Below, piece by piece: positions 49,801 to 63,040 of a stretch of 64,000 bases of DNA. Under the pieces are notes generated by a model that worked only from the letters and a program-made list of their open reading frames with translations, did no database searches and was not told where the DNA came from. The stretch is from Octopus sinensis (Eukaryota): contig NC_043021.1 of the NCBI RefSeq assembly GCF_006345805.1, forward strand, positions 20,956,001-21,020,000, read 5' to 3'. A program made the position numbers and the translations under genes. Position 1 is the stretch's first letter, and every line of letters starts with the position of its first letter.

Positions 49801-50755
49801 TTGTCAGATGTAATGCTTATTTTTTCACATAGTTTTGAATTTGTAGTGACGCTACTGTGTAAGTTTCAGTGGACATGCGCAGAATTGGATTGCTTCCGGT
49901 TGGCCACCAGAAGTTTTCCTCATGTGCATGTGCAGGAACTGGAACCTAAAAACCTGACCGCTGAATCGGTCCTTTTCTGGCATGAGCAGTGCTAGCGATT
50001 GAACAACCCTACATTCGGAGAACCTCACCCCAACGAAGCGGGAAGCGAACCAACGAATCGTCATGACTCGCAACAAGAAAGCATCGCAACCAGTCCTGCA
50101 GATTCGGCTGCCGGTTTCCCTACTAGAGATACACATGCACTAGTTCTTACCTGTAACCGCAGAATAAACCACCACTTACTGTTGTTGAAGACCGCCTGAC
50201 TTTATCTCCGTTTATTCAACTAAAATTGTATGTGACAGGATCAGATCGGACACCCCTCCAGTGTTCCTGAACTCTCATCCTGTTACAAATTAACTGTAAA
50301 AATCACCTGTGCTAGCACCACATAAATAGTACCCGTGTCAGTGCCACGTAAAGGGCACTCATGCTGGCACTACATAAGAGGCACACTTACTGGTGCCACT
50401 TAGTACACTCTGTAAAGTGGTTGGCATGAGGAAAGGCATCCAGCTAAAGAAACCATGCCGAAATCAGATGACTGGGGCCTGGTGTAGGCCTCTGGCTTGT
50501 GAGCTCCTGTCAACCATCTAACCCATGCCAGTATGGAAAATTTATGTGAAATGATGATAATGATGATGATGATGATGATGATGATATGGAATTTTGATGC
50601 TGTGATCATTTATTGTTAAAATGAAATTGTAAGGTTGGTATGAGAAGCCAGATCTGGCCAGCTTTAGCATAAAACAGGTTGAATATTTTAGTAAAATTTC
50701 GATTTTGGTTTGGTTTTGCAAGATTCTTTATATGATTTCGTGTGTTGAAGCATAT

Positions 50756-50757
<2 letters not shown>

Positions 50758-50789
<32 letters not shown>

Positions 50790-51084
50790 TGAAACTATTG
50801 TATACAGTGCTCAGGTGCACCACAACTTATCAGAAAGTGCGTATAGAGTATATGCAGTAATGTACAAATGTCTGGAAAGCGAACAATGTATGAGTCAGAT
50901 AGATGCTTGTGCGTGTATGGATGGGAGAAAATCAGGTGTAGTGTTGGCGAATCTCAGGAAGCATGGAAGTTTTGAAGTATGCAGTGCTCTGACAACTAAA
51001 AACTGATGCCGGCAGTTTGTTCCATGCTTCAGCAACTCTCAGCGTGAAAAAATGTTTCCGAAAGTCATGGGAGCTGTGCTGTTT
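50758..51084 (-). mobile_element. CR1-clade LINE 3' end, second family, (ATT)n tail
   Basis: HDFRKHFFTLRVAEAWNKLPAS...FKTSMLPEIRQHYT*. Confidence 0.85.
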
Positions 51085-51568
51085 ATTCTATTGTGTCTGG
51101 GGAGAGTCATTTTCTTTTTGTGCCTTAGTATGTAACACACTCACTGGTAAAATTTCCACATTTTTCTTATTTACACTCACCGGTAAAATTTCCACATTTT
51201 TCTTATTTACACTCACCGGTAAAATTTCCACGTTTTTCTTATTTACACTCACCGGCAAAATTTCCACATTTTTCTTATTTACACTCACCGGTAAAATTTC
51301 CACATTTTTCTTATTTACACTCACCGGTAAAATTTCCACATTTTTCTTATTTACACTCACCGGTAAAATTTCCACATTTTTCTTATTTACACTCACCGGT
51401 AAAATTTCCACGTTTTTCTTATTTTTATTGTCCTAAAACTTTCGTTGCGTCTTGCAACCTTTTCAGTAGTTTAGGACAATAAAAATAAGAAAAACGTGGA
51501 AATTTTACCGGTGAGTGTGTTACATATTAAGGCACAAAAAGAAAATGACTCCCCAGACACAATAGAAT
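51085..51568. mobile_element. Same inverted-repeat family with an internal 36-bp unit amplified 8 times
   Basis: Ends ATTCTATTGTGTCTGGGG and CCCCAGACACAATAGAAT; unit ACACTCACCGGTAAAATTTCCACATTTTTCTTATTT x8 at about 51137-51425. Confidence 0.8.
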
Positions 51569-51627
51569 TTTAGTCAAATATTTCCACAATTTACCACATC
51601 AGCTTGTGTGTAGGGAAATATCTATCA

Positions 51628-51929
51628 ACATATTTACAAAGTCAGAAAACAGCACAGCTCCCATGACTTCGGGAAACACGCTGAGAGTTGCTGAAGCATG
51701 GAACAAACTGCCGGCATCAGTTGTTAGTTGTCGGAGCACTGCATCCTTCAAAACTTCCATGCTTCCTGAGATTCGCCAACACTACACCTGATTTCCTCCC
51801 CTCCATACACACACAAGCATGTATCTGACTCATACATTGTTCACTTTCCAGACATTTGTACATTACTGCATATACTTTATACACACTTTTCACAAGTTGT
51901 GGTGCACCTGAGCACTGTATACAATAATT

Positions 51930-51979
<50 letters not shown>
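51628..51979 (+). mobile_element. CR1-clade LINE 3' end, same family, opposite orientation
   Basis: LRVAEAWNKLPASVVSCRSTASFKTSML followed by (ATT)n. Confidence 0.85.
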
Positions 51980-52673
51980 TTTATATATAAAACTGAGAAT
52001 GTGTGTCTGTCTGTCTGAAATCTTGGGAAGGTTATCACAAATTCATATCAAGAATTTTGCTAACCAAATACAAAATGAAATGTGTGGTGTGTGCATTTAA
52101 ATACACACACACACACACATAAATAAGAAAGATGGATAAATAGATAGCTCTACATGCAGGTACATATATACTTGCATACATGCATGATTGCAAACAGACA
52201 GACGTGCATGCAAACACACACGTGCACACGTGATAAAATTTTCCACCAAGACTGATGCAACTCGTCAGCAACAAGTAGAAACCAAAAAAAAAAAAAAAAA
52301 AGAACGGAAAGAACCAAGAAATGTTTGTAGAGCCAGCTGTATGAAGAATTTAGTTTAAGCAGAGTAAGTTCAGTGCAGTGTCTACTTCACCCCTCCCACC
52401 ACCACCGATATGCACACCCTTTCTCGCTAGCAGTGTAACCTGAACTTGCGCACAGTACTTGCGCACAGTACTTCACATACCAGACAGAATATAACACATG
52501 GCAGGGAAGAGAGTAAGGATGGGGGAAAAAAAAGGCACATGGATCAATATTTATCTCCCTTGCTGACAGGAATTGCATCATCCCCCCCAAGCCATTGTGA
52601 AGATGCAGAGTTTTTTTAGAGGAAGTATCAAAGATAGAACTTAGGCAGGCACCCACACAAATATTTGTGTGTC

Positions 52674-52736
<63 letters not shown>

Positions 52737-52800
52737 TTTTGTATTTGTGTGTGTGTGTGTATGTATATATTTGTATATGTATACATTTGTGTGTGTATAT

Positions 52801-52847
<47 letters not shown>

Positions 52848-52872
52848 TTTTGTATTTGTGTGTGTGTGTATA

Positions 52873-52932
<60 letters not shown>

Positions 52933-53085
52933 TTGTATTTGTGTGTGTGTGTATGTATGCATGCATGTATGTATGTGTATGAAGAGAAAGAGGAGAGTGG
53001 GTAGGAGACAGCGGAACCAAAATGCTGTGAGCACCCTGCTGCAACAGGAACTTTGAAAATCAGCTAAGAATGCCAACTTCCTTAC

Positions 53086-53161
53086 CTGTCACCAAAATAT
53101 CTTGAAGGAATATTTCAGTGGCACACTTGTAAATAGTATTTCCACTTCTGCTTGAACTTTT
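53086..53161 (-). CDS. Orphan internal exon candidate, 76 nt (KSSSRSGNTIYKCATEIFLQDILVT-G)
   Basis: Acceptor tttccttttgtttgacag| and donor CAG|GTAAGG; only one of three frames is open. Confidence 0.45.
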
Positions 53162-53584
53162 CTGTCAAACAAAAGGAAATATCCTAAATGATGTTGGATC
53201 TCAGTCCCACAGATATATAATCACTTCTCTAAAGCAGTGGTACCAAAACTGGGTGGTATTGACCCTCTGGAAGGGCACCCAGCCATAAAACCCATGCCTC
53301 AGCAGCAGACAGCCGGAGTCTGGACAACTCCCTGCTAGCTATCTTCATCTCAAACCATCCAGCCCATGCCAGCATGGACAGCAGACGTTAAATGATGATG
53401 ATGATAACGATTACTATTCATGCATGCATGCATGGGCATGCACACATACGCATACACACAGGGTGCAGATAATATTCGTTGGCACAATGACTGTCTGAAG
53501 TAAAAATAAAACAGTTTTTATTTTTTCAGATATATTTGTCCTGATGAACCCACTTTTGGCCTCAGTGACAGCCTGCAGGCCACA

Positions 53585-54222
53585 TTGGAATAGGCCCCAA
53601 TTCTTCATTACCATCTCCCCTTTTAGGCCCCTGAAGGCCCTGGTCATCCTGGCCCCAAGCCTTCATTACCATCTCCCGTTTTAGGCCCTGGTCATCCTGG
53701 CCCCAAGCCTTCATTACCATCTCCCGTTTTAGGCCCCTGAAGGCCCTGGTCATCCTGGCCCCAAGCCTTCATTACCATCTCCCGTTTTAGGCCCCTGAAG
53801 GCCCTGGTCATCCTGGCCCAAGCCTTCATTACCATCTCCCGTTTTAGGCCCCTGAAGGCCCTGGTCATCCTGGCCCCAAGCCTTCATTACCATCTCCCGT
53901 TTTAGGCCCCTGAAGACCCTGGTCATCCTGGCCCCAAGCCTTCATTACCATCTCCCGTTTTAGGCCCCTGAAGGCCCTGATCATCCTGGCCCCAAGCCTT
54001 CATTACCATCTCCCGTTTTAGGCCCCTGAGGCCCTGGTCATCCTGGCCCCAGCCTTCATTACATCTCCCGTTTTAGGCCCCTGAAGGCCCTGGTCATCCT
54101 GGCCCCAAGCCTTCATTACCATCTCCCGTTTTAGGCCCCTGAAGGCCCTGGTCATCCTGGCCCCAAGCCTTCATTACCATCTCCCGTTTTAGGCCCCTGA
54201 AGGCCCTGGTCATCCTGGCTCC
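53585..54222. repeat. 58-bp GC-rich minisatellite, about 11 copies
   Basis: Unit GGCCCCAAGCCTTCATTACCATCTCCCGTTTTAGGCCCCTGAAGGCCCTGGTCATCCT; one unit lacks 10 bp. Confidence 0.95.
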
Positions 54223-54448
54223 CAGTTTCTCCTTCATGTTGCAGCTGGATTTGTTGGTCTCTTGGTTTCATCATGCCCCATGCAAAAGTCTTCACAGTCA
54301 CTTATTTTGTGAATAAATAAAGCGAAAATGGTTATTCAATTTTAAGAAGAAAAAAACAGACAACGAAAGTAAAAAAAAAAATATTAGTGAAATTAGCTGA
54401 AAATTGCTAAAGAAAACTGCCAATATCCTGTATATGTTTGTATGCATG

Positions 54449-54454
<6 letters not shown>

Positions 54455-54482
<28 letters not shown>

Positions 54483-54830
54483 AATTATTGTATACAGTGC
54501 TCAGGTGCACCAGAACTTGTCAGAAAGTGCGTATAGAGTATATGCAGTAATGTACAAATGTCTGGAAAGTGAACAGTGTATGAGTCAGATACGCCTGTCG
54601 TGTGTATGGAGGGGAGAAAATCAGGTGTAGTGTTGGCGAATCTCAGAAAGCATGGAAGTTTGAAGGATGCAGTGCTCCGACAACTACAACTGATGCCGCA
54701 GTTTGTTCCATGCTTCAGCAACTCTCAGCGTGAAAAAATGTTTCCTGAAGTCATGGGAGCTGTGCTGTTTTCTGACTTTGTAAATATGTCCATGGGTGTT
54801 AGACGGGTGGAGTTCGAAAAGGTGCTTAGA
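54455..54830 (-). mobile_element. CR1-clade LINE 3' end, same family; tail remnant also at 57885-57945
   Basis: THGHIYKVRKQHSSHDFRKHFFTLRVAEAWNKL. Confidence 0.85.
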
Positions 54831-54849
54831 GTTATTGTTTTTGTTTATG

Positions 54850-55091
54850 TATGCATGTATGCGTGCATGTATGTATGTATGTTTCTATGTATGTATGCAT
54901 ACGTACACACACATACATGTATTTATGTGTACACACACACACATATATGCATGTAATTATTTATGTGTACACACACACATATACATATATACATGTATTT
55001 ATGTGTACATATATATATATGTATGTATGTATGTATATAATATATAATATATACACACACACACATATATATTTATGCATGTGTGTGTATT

Positions 55092-55137
<46 letters not shown>

Positions 55138-55276
55138 TATGTATAATATACATATATACATATATACTATATATATATACATAATATATATATATACTAT
55201 ATATATACATATATATATATACATATATATATTACCTATATATAATACCTATATATATATACATATATATATATAC

Positions 55277-55307
<31 letters not shown>

Positions 55308-55371
55308 AGATATTATATAATATACATAATATATATATCTATACATATATATAATATATATTCTATATACC

Positions 55372-55418
<47 letters not shown>

Positions 55419-55542
55419 CATATATATATATACACTATATATATAATACATATATATATATACCTTAATATATATACAATATATATATATATAATATATA
55501 TATATATATACATATATATAACTATATACATCTATATATATA

Positions 55543-55589
<47 letters not shown>

Positions 55590-55590
55590 C

Positions 55591-55623
<33 letters not shown>

Positions 55624-55665
55624 ATATATATATATAATACATTATATATATATATACATATAATA

Positions 55666-55696
<31 letters not shown>

Positions 55697-55735
55697 CATA
55701 TAGCTATATATATAATAATATATATATATAGGCAT
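54850..55735. repeat. Long compound (TA)n/(CATA)n microsatellite
   Basis: About 880 bp of near-pure TA/CA repeats. Confidence 0.95.
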
Positions 55736-56530
55736 GGGAGTGGCTGTGGGGTAACAAGTTTGCTTCCCAACCACAAAGTTCCAGGTTCATTCTCATTGCA
55801 TGGGCAAGTGTATTCTACATTATCCTTGGGTTGACCAAAGCCTTGTGAGTGGATTTGCGAGATGGAAACTGAAAGAAGCTGATTGTGTGTATAATATATG
55901 TGTGTGTGTGTGTGTGTGTTTGCCCCCTCTCATCACAACCATTTGACAACCAATCTTGGTGTGTTTATGCCCCTGTAACTTAGTGGTTCAGCAAAAAAGA
56001 CTGATAGAATAAGTACTAGGCTTAAGAAATCAGTCCTGGGGTCAATTTATTCAACTAAACACTCTTCAAGCAGTGCTCCAGCAAGGCCACAGTCAAATGA
56101 CTGAAACGAATAAAAGAATAAAAGAAGTGGCTGTGTGGTAAGTAGCTTGCTTACCAACCACATGGTTCCGGTTCAGTCCCACTGCGTGGCATCTTGGGTA
56201 AGTGTCTTCTACTATAGCCTCAGGGCCGACCAAAGCCTTGTGAGTGGATTTGGTAGACGGAAACTGAAAGAACCCGTCATATATTATATAATATATACAT
56301 ATATATATATATAGTGTGTGTGTGTTTGTGTGTCTGTGTTTTTGTCCCCCTAGCATTGCTTGACAACCGATGCTGGTTGTTTACGTCCCCGTCACTTAGC
56401 GGTTCGGCAAAAGAGACCGATAGAATAAGTACTGGGCTTACAAAGAATGAGTCCCGGGGTCGAGTTGCTCGACTATAAAGGCGGTGCTCCAGCATGGCCG
56501 CAGTCAAATGACTGAAACAAGTAAAAGAGA
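55735..56530 (+). mobile_element. Two adjacent SINE family A copies (older 55735-56125, younger 56126-56530)
   Basis: Two head-to-tail consensus matches. Confidence 0.85.
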
Positions 56531-57199
56531 AAAAGAGAAAGAGAAAATATATACATATATATAATATGTATATTCACACACACACACGCACACACATACA
56601 CATGTATGTATGTATATATATGTGTGTGTACGCATACACATATATTTCCACTGTTTGTGGATGTATTGAGATTGAAACAAGTCTGGCGTGCCCCGGTGTG
56701 TAAGTACTGAGTAAACTGCAGCCTCATTTCAAAGAAACCAGCAGTCACTCTCCCTGGCCCTATTAACCATTCACACATTCATAGTCACACGTCCACACAC
56801 ACTCTTTACATTCACACTTACGCACACATACAAATACCTACGTTCTTTCACCCTCTTCTTCTTTCTCTCCGCCTCTCTCCGCCTCTCTCCGTCTCTCTCT
56901 CTCTCTCTATTTGTCTTTCTTTTTCTTTCTCTCATTAGCTCACATTCACACAGGCTTCTTATACAACAATCTAATTTATCTACATCTATGCACAGATAGA
57001 GATCTAACCACCCTAAACGCACACTGTACAGTAGTAGACCTTTATTGTGTGCTAGAATGTACCACGTTACTGTATGACATATAAACACTTCATAGATAAC
57101 ACCAAACAGACCGGAAGGACCCCCACAGGCACCTTGCCACACACCCACAGAACCTCACAAACTAAAGGAGTGGTGATACCCTCTCCGAGACGTAAGTTC

Positions 57200-58615
<1,416 letters not shown>

Positions 58616-59008
58616 TATAATACCCCACATATATATATATGTAAATACAGTGTACATTTAAACACATAAGAGGTGACCATCATAGGACACCTAGCATGCT
58701 AGAAGGAATAGCCAAAATCCAAACCACTGTTGAGGACAAATCTCGAAGGGAATGAAAAATAAAAACATATACCATCATTTTTCATTTTGGATTTTGGCTA
58801 CTCTTTCCAGCATGCTAGGTGTCCTATTAGGGTCATTTCTCATGTGTTTAAATGTACACTGTATTTATATGAATGATATATAGCCCATTGACTAGTTTTC
58901 TACATACTAGGCCACTGGTAGTAAAAAATTTCTAAAATATTTTTGTTACCTTGATATTTATTAATATATATGTATATATATGTATGTATATATTATATAT
59001 GTGTTATG

Positions 59009-59039
<31 letters not shown>

Positions 59040-59138
59040 TATATATTATATATCTGTGTTTGTGTAATGCATACTTACGAAAAACCAAACATATACAAAC
59101 ACATGCCCTATGCATTTATATATACTTACATACATACA

Positions 59139-59440
59139 TGTGGAGGCGCAATGGCCCAGTGGCTAGGGCAGCGGACTCGCGGTCGTAGGATCGCGGTTTC
59201 AATTCCCAGGCCGGGCGTTGTGAGTGTTTATTGAGCGAAAACACCTGAAAGCTCCACGAGGCTCCGGCAGGGGTGGTGGTGATCCCTGCTGTAACTCTTT
59301 CACCACTCTTTCTCCCACTCTTTCTTCTGTTGGCCTGCTCGCTTAGCCAGCGGGTGGCGTCATTCGAAGGCTAAAACAATGCGAACGCATTGTGACCAGC
59401 GATGTGTAACTACATCTGATGGACTGGTCGGTCACTTGAT
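59139..59440 (+). mobile_element. SINE family C
   Basis: Near-identical to 5480-5781. Confidence 0.9.
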
Positions 59441-59895
59441 CATAAACATACATAATGTGTGTGTGTATATATACATCCTTGTGTTCACTTATGTGATATG
59501 TATATAAGCATATTACTGTACCATATTACATATATATGTTTTACAGTGTTAAATATTTTTCTTTATTTGAATGAAGGAGTGTAGCTTTTAGTAATGATAC
59601 TAACAACAATCAAATACCCTACCATATACTAATTAGTACTCACTTTTTTCTATGTATTTGCTAATCTCTGTATATTCGTTATTCAATATTTAATTATTGA
59701 AAATATTTGTATATATTTACTTCTCTGCATTTGTAGTTATTTATGTTGCTTTAGTGCCTGTCTGTCTCTGTGTCTGTCTGTCTGTGTCAGACTGTCTATG
59801 TCTGTCCTGTCTGCCTCAGTCTGTGTCTGTCTGTTTGTTTGTCTGTCTGTCTCTGTCTTTCTATCTGCTTTTCTGTATGTGTGTGTGTGTGTGTG

Positions 59896-59928
<33 letters not shown>

Positions 59929-60578
59929 CAAAGTGGAGTTGTGGGGTACCGCACGAGTGGAATTATATATGAAAGAGGGTTTGAAAATGCAATTTAAAAG
60001 ATGTTCATTTACTTTACCGGTTTCACTCTTTGGAAAAAGATTGTCAAAAGTAACATGTAGAAGTTTGGTTGCGTTAATTATTGGTTGTTGCAAATTGCTA
60101 CATTACATATATACAGTCTTTGGTAACAGGGAAATGTTAAGGACATAAAAAAGTTCAACAAGTTCCTTAAAATATTGGGCACAAAATATTACTACATAAA
60201 TAATCGTTCTCAAGGACATGCTTAAGATAGTTTCCAGAAGGAATTGATATTGGTATTGGTATTGTATCTGTATATTCAAACATGCACAGAATATTGGTTG
60301 ACACAGAGTACTATAATCCATATAAATATACATTCTTTGGTGACAAGAGTATGTTGAGAATATAAAAAAGTTTAACAAGCTCATTGAAATAATGGGCACA
60401 AAAAATTACAACAAATATATTATACATCTCAAGATAATTTCCAGGAGGAATTATTAAAAAAGTTCAGTAAACACGTACAGAATATTATGAGTTCAAAAAG
60501 ATTTACATTATAATAGTGGTGAAGCTAAAACTGACCTGTCCGTTTTAGGAGGAGAAATGTGGAAATATATATATATAT

Positions 60579-60853
60579 ATGTGGAGGCGCAATGGCCCAG
60601 TGGTTAGGGCAGCGGACTCGCGGTTTCGATTCCCAGACCGGGTGTTGTGAGTGTTTATTGAGCGAAAACACCTAAAGCTCCACGAGGCTCCAGCAGGGGG
60701 TGGTGGCGATCCCTGGCGTACTCTTTCGCCACAACTTTCTCTCACTCTTTCTTCTGTTGGCCTGCTCGCTTAGCCAGCGGGGTGGCGTCATTTGAAGGTT
60801 AAAACAATGCAAAGCGCATTGTGACCAGCGATGTGTAGCAACATCTGATAGCC
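60579..60853 (+). mobile_element. SINE family C with a small head deletion; a truncated copy also lies at 63888-63980
   Basis: Near-identical to 5480-5781. Confidence 0.9.
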
Positions 60854-61451
60854 TCGCGTGTGTACCGTTGGCAATTTTTTTTTCCCCCTGTCTTCCCTTC
60901 TCTGGATCTTTCTTTCTCCTATTTTTCCGACGAAGAGCTCTGCTCGAAACGTTAAACCCTCCTTCTTTCCTTCTTTCCTGAGCGTCCAATAATACTATAT
61001 TTGTTCCACATCCTCGCGTTGTTGTGGTTTGTGTGCTTTCATGTTTGGATTAACTTTATATATACATATATATATATATACTTTATTTAAAGCAGCAAAA
61101 CTCCGAGTAACAGGTTTTGTTGAATTTTCTGCTGCTTTAAATAAAGCATATTACTCTACCACTGGTATTTGAGTACTCTTTTTTCCACCTTGTTTCACAT
61201 TTATGTGTTTACTCCGGTATATATATATATATACATACATACATACAGTATATGACTAGGGTGTTAGAAAACCTTCATTGCTGGAAATAAAAGCTAAAAT
61301 ACTCTAGTGCTTTGACAACAGCATTAGAGCATCTTAGCTCTTATTTCTAGCAATGTAGGTGTCCTAACACCCTAGTCATATATAGTGACAATTACAGTTT
61401 TCCTTTTTTGTAACACATTGCACACCACTGTCTATATTAATTTTATATATA

Positions 61452-61667
61452 CTCTTTTACTCTTTTACTTGTTTCAATCATTTGACTGTGGCCATGCTGG
61501 AGCACCGCCTTTAATCGAGCAACTCGACCCCGGGACTTATTCTTTTGTAAGCCCAGTACTTATTCTATCGGTCTCTTTTGCCGAACTGCTAAGTAACGGG
61601 GACATAAATACACCAGCATCGGTTGTCAAGCAATGCTAGGGGGACAAACACAGACACACAAACACAC

Positions 61668-61707
<40 letters not shown>

Positions 61708-61922
61708 TATATATATACATATATATATACACACATATATATATACACATATATATGACGGGCTTCTTTCAGTTTCCGTCAACCTCAACCAAATCCACTC
61801 ACAAGGCTTTGGTCGGCCCGAGGCTATAGCAGAAGACACTTGCTCAAGATGCCACGCAGTCGGACTGAACCCGGAACCATGTGGTTGGTAAACAAGCTAC
61901 TTACCACACAGCCACTCCTGCA
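61452..61922 (-). mobile_element. SINE family A
   Basis: Consensus match. Confidence 0.9.
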
Positions 61923-62714
61923 CCTATATATATATAATGCAGGTATGTCGTATTTTCACTTGGCTTTTTATTTAATCCTGAAAATATACAATCTTTATAT
62001 ATAACATCAGTACCATGTGGTTTCGGAATCGGTCACACAATGTGGCACCTTGAATATCTTCTAGTATCCATGTGAAAGGATTACACAGCTCTGTCTTATG
62101 TATCATTTTTTTCTTTCATTCACAAAGTGTATGATTTGTACAAGGTTTGGCTGCTATTTCTCACTGTATAGAAGCACTCCCTTTCATTTGAATCCCTGCA
62201 TTTGCTTTAGTTTGGTGCAAAAATGCAATAAGTAATATCGTCTATAAAAATAAACACAAAGTTCTGTCTGTCTGGGAACCCTGTATCTTAGTCTACATTT
62301 GCTCTGTATAGACATACTCTCTTTCACTCTTTCATTTGTTTCAGTCATTTGACTGTGGCCATGCTGGAGCACGGCCTTTAGTTGTGCAAATTGACCCCAG
62401 GATTTATTCTTTGTAAGCCTCGTACTTATTCTATCAGACTCTTTTACTGAATCACTGAGTTACAGAGATGTAAACACACCAACAACTGTTTTCAAGTAGT
62501 GGTGGTGGGAGACGAACACAGGCACAAAGACATGCATTATATATGTGTGTGTGTGTGTGTGTGTGCATAAATAGATAAATATATAGATATACATTCGTAT
62601 AATTAATGTTTTTCCCAAGCTAATGTGTTGTAAAAGAGTTATTTCAGACAGGATTTTACAGCCATATGCACTTCCTGAAGCCAATTTTATCCTACAATCT
62701 TTTCCTCATCAGTG

Positions 62715-63040
62715 ATACAGGCACACACACATACATGCATGCATACATACATACATACATACATACATGCATGTATGTATGCATACATGCATGTATGTAT
62801 GCATACATGCATGCATGCATGCATACATACATACATATATACATACATGCATACATGCATGCATGCATACATGCATACATACATATATACATACATGCAT
62901 GCATACATGCATGCATACATACATGCACACATACATACATACATGCATGCATACATGCACACATACATACATACATGCATGCATACATGCACACATACAT
63001 ACATACATACATGCATACATGCATACATGCATACATACAG
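62715..63040. repeat. (CATA/CATG)n microsatellite
   Basis: Direct inspection. Confidence 0.95.

Noticed and set aside
52570-52644. IQ-like peptide [24 protein letters not shown]
   Set aside because: Second basic position of the IQ motif is missing, stop follows at once, and no compatible neighbouring exon was found
53089-53160. Alternative frame EVEILFTSVPLK resembling the Penelope RT motif DVxSLFTxVP
   Set aside because: A short match with no other RT motif nearby; splice signals favour the exon reading
51137-54222. 36-bp and 58-bp arrays as possible CRISPR arrays
   Set aside because: Contiguous tandem units without unique spacers; eukaryotic context; no cas genes
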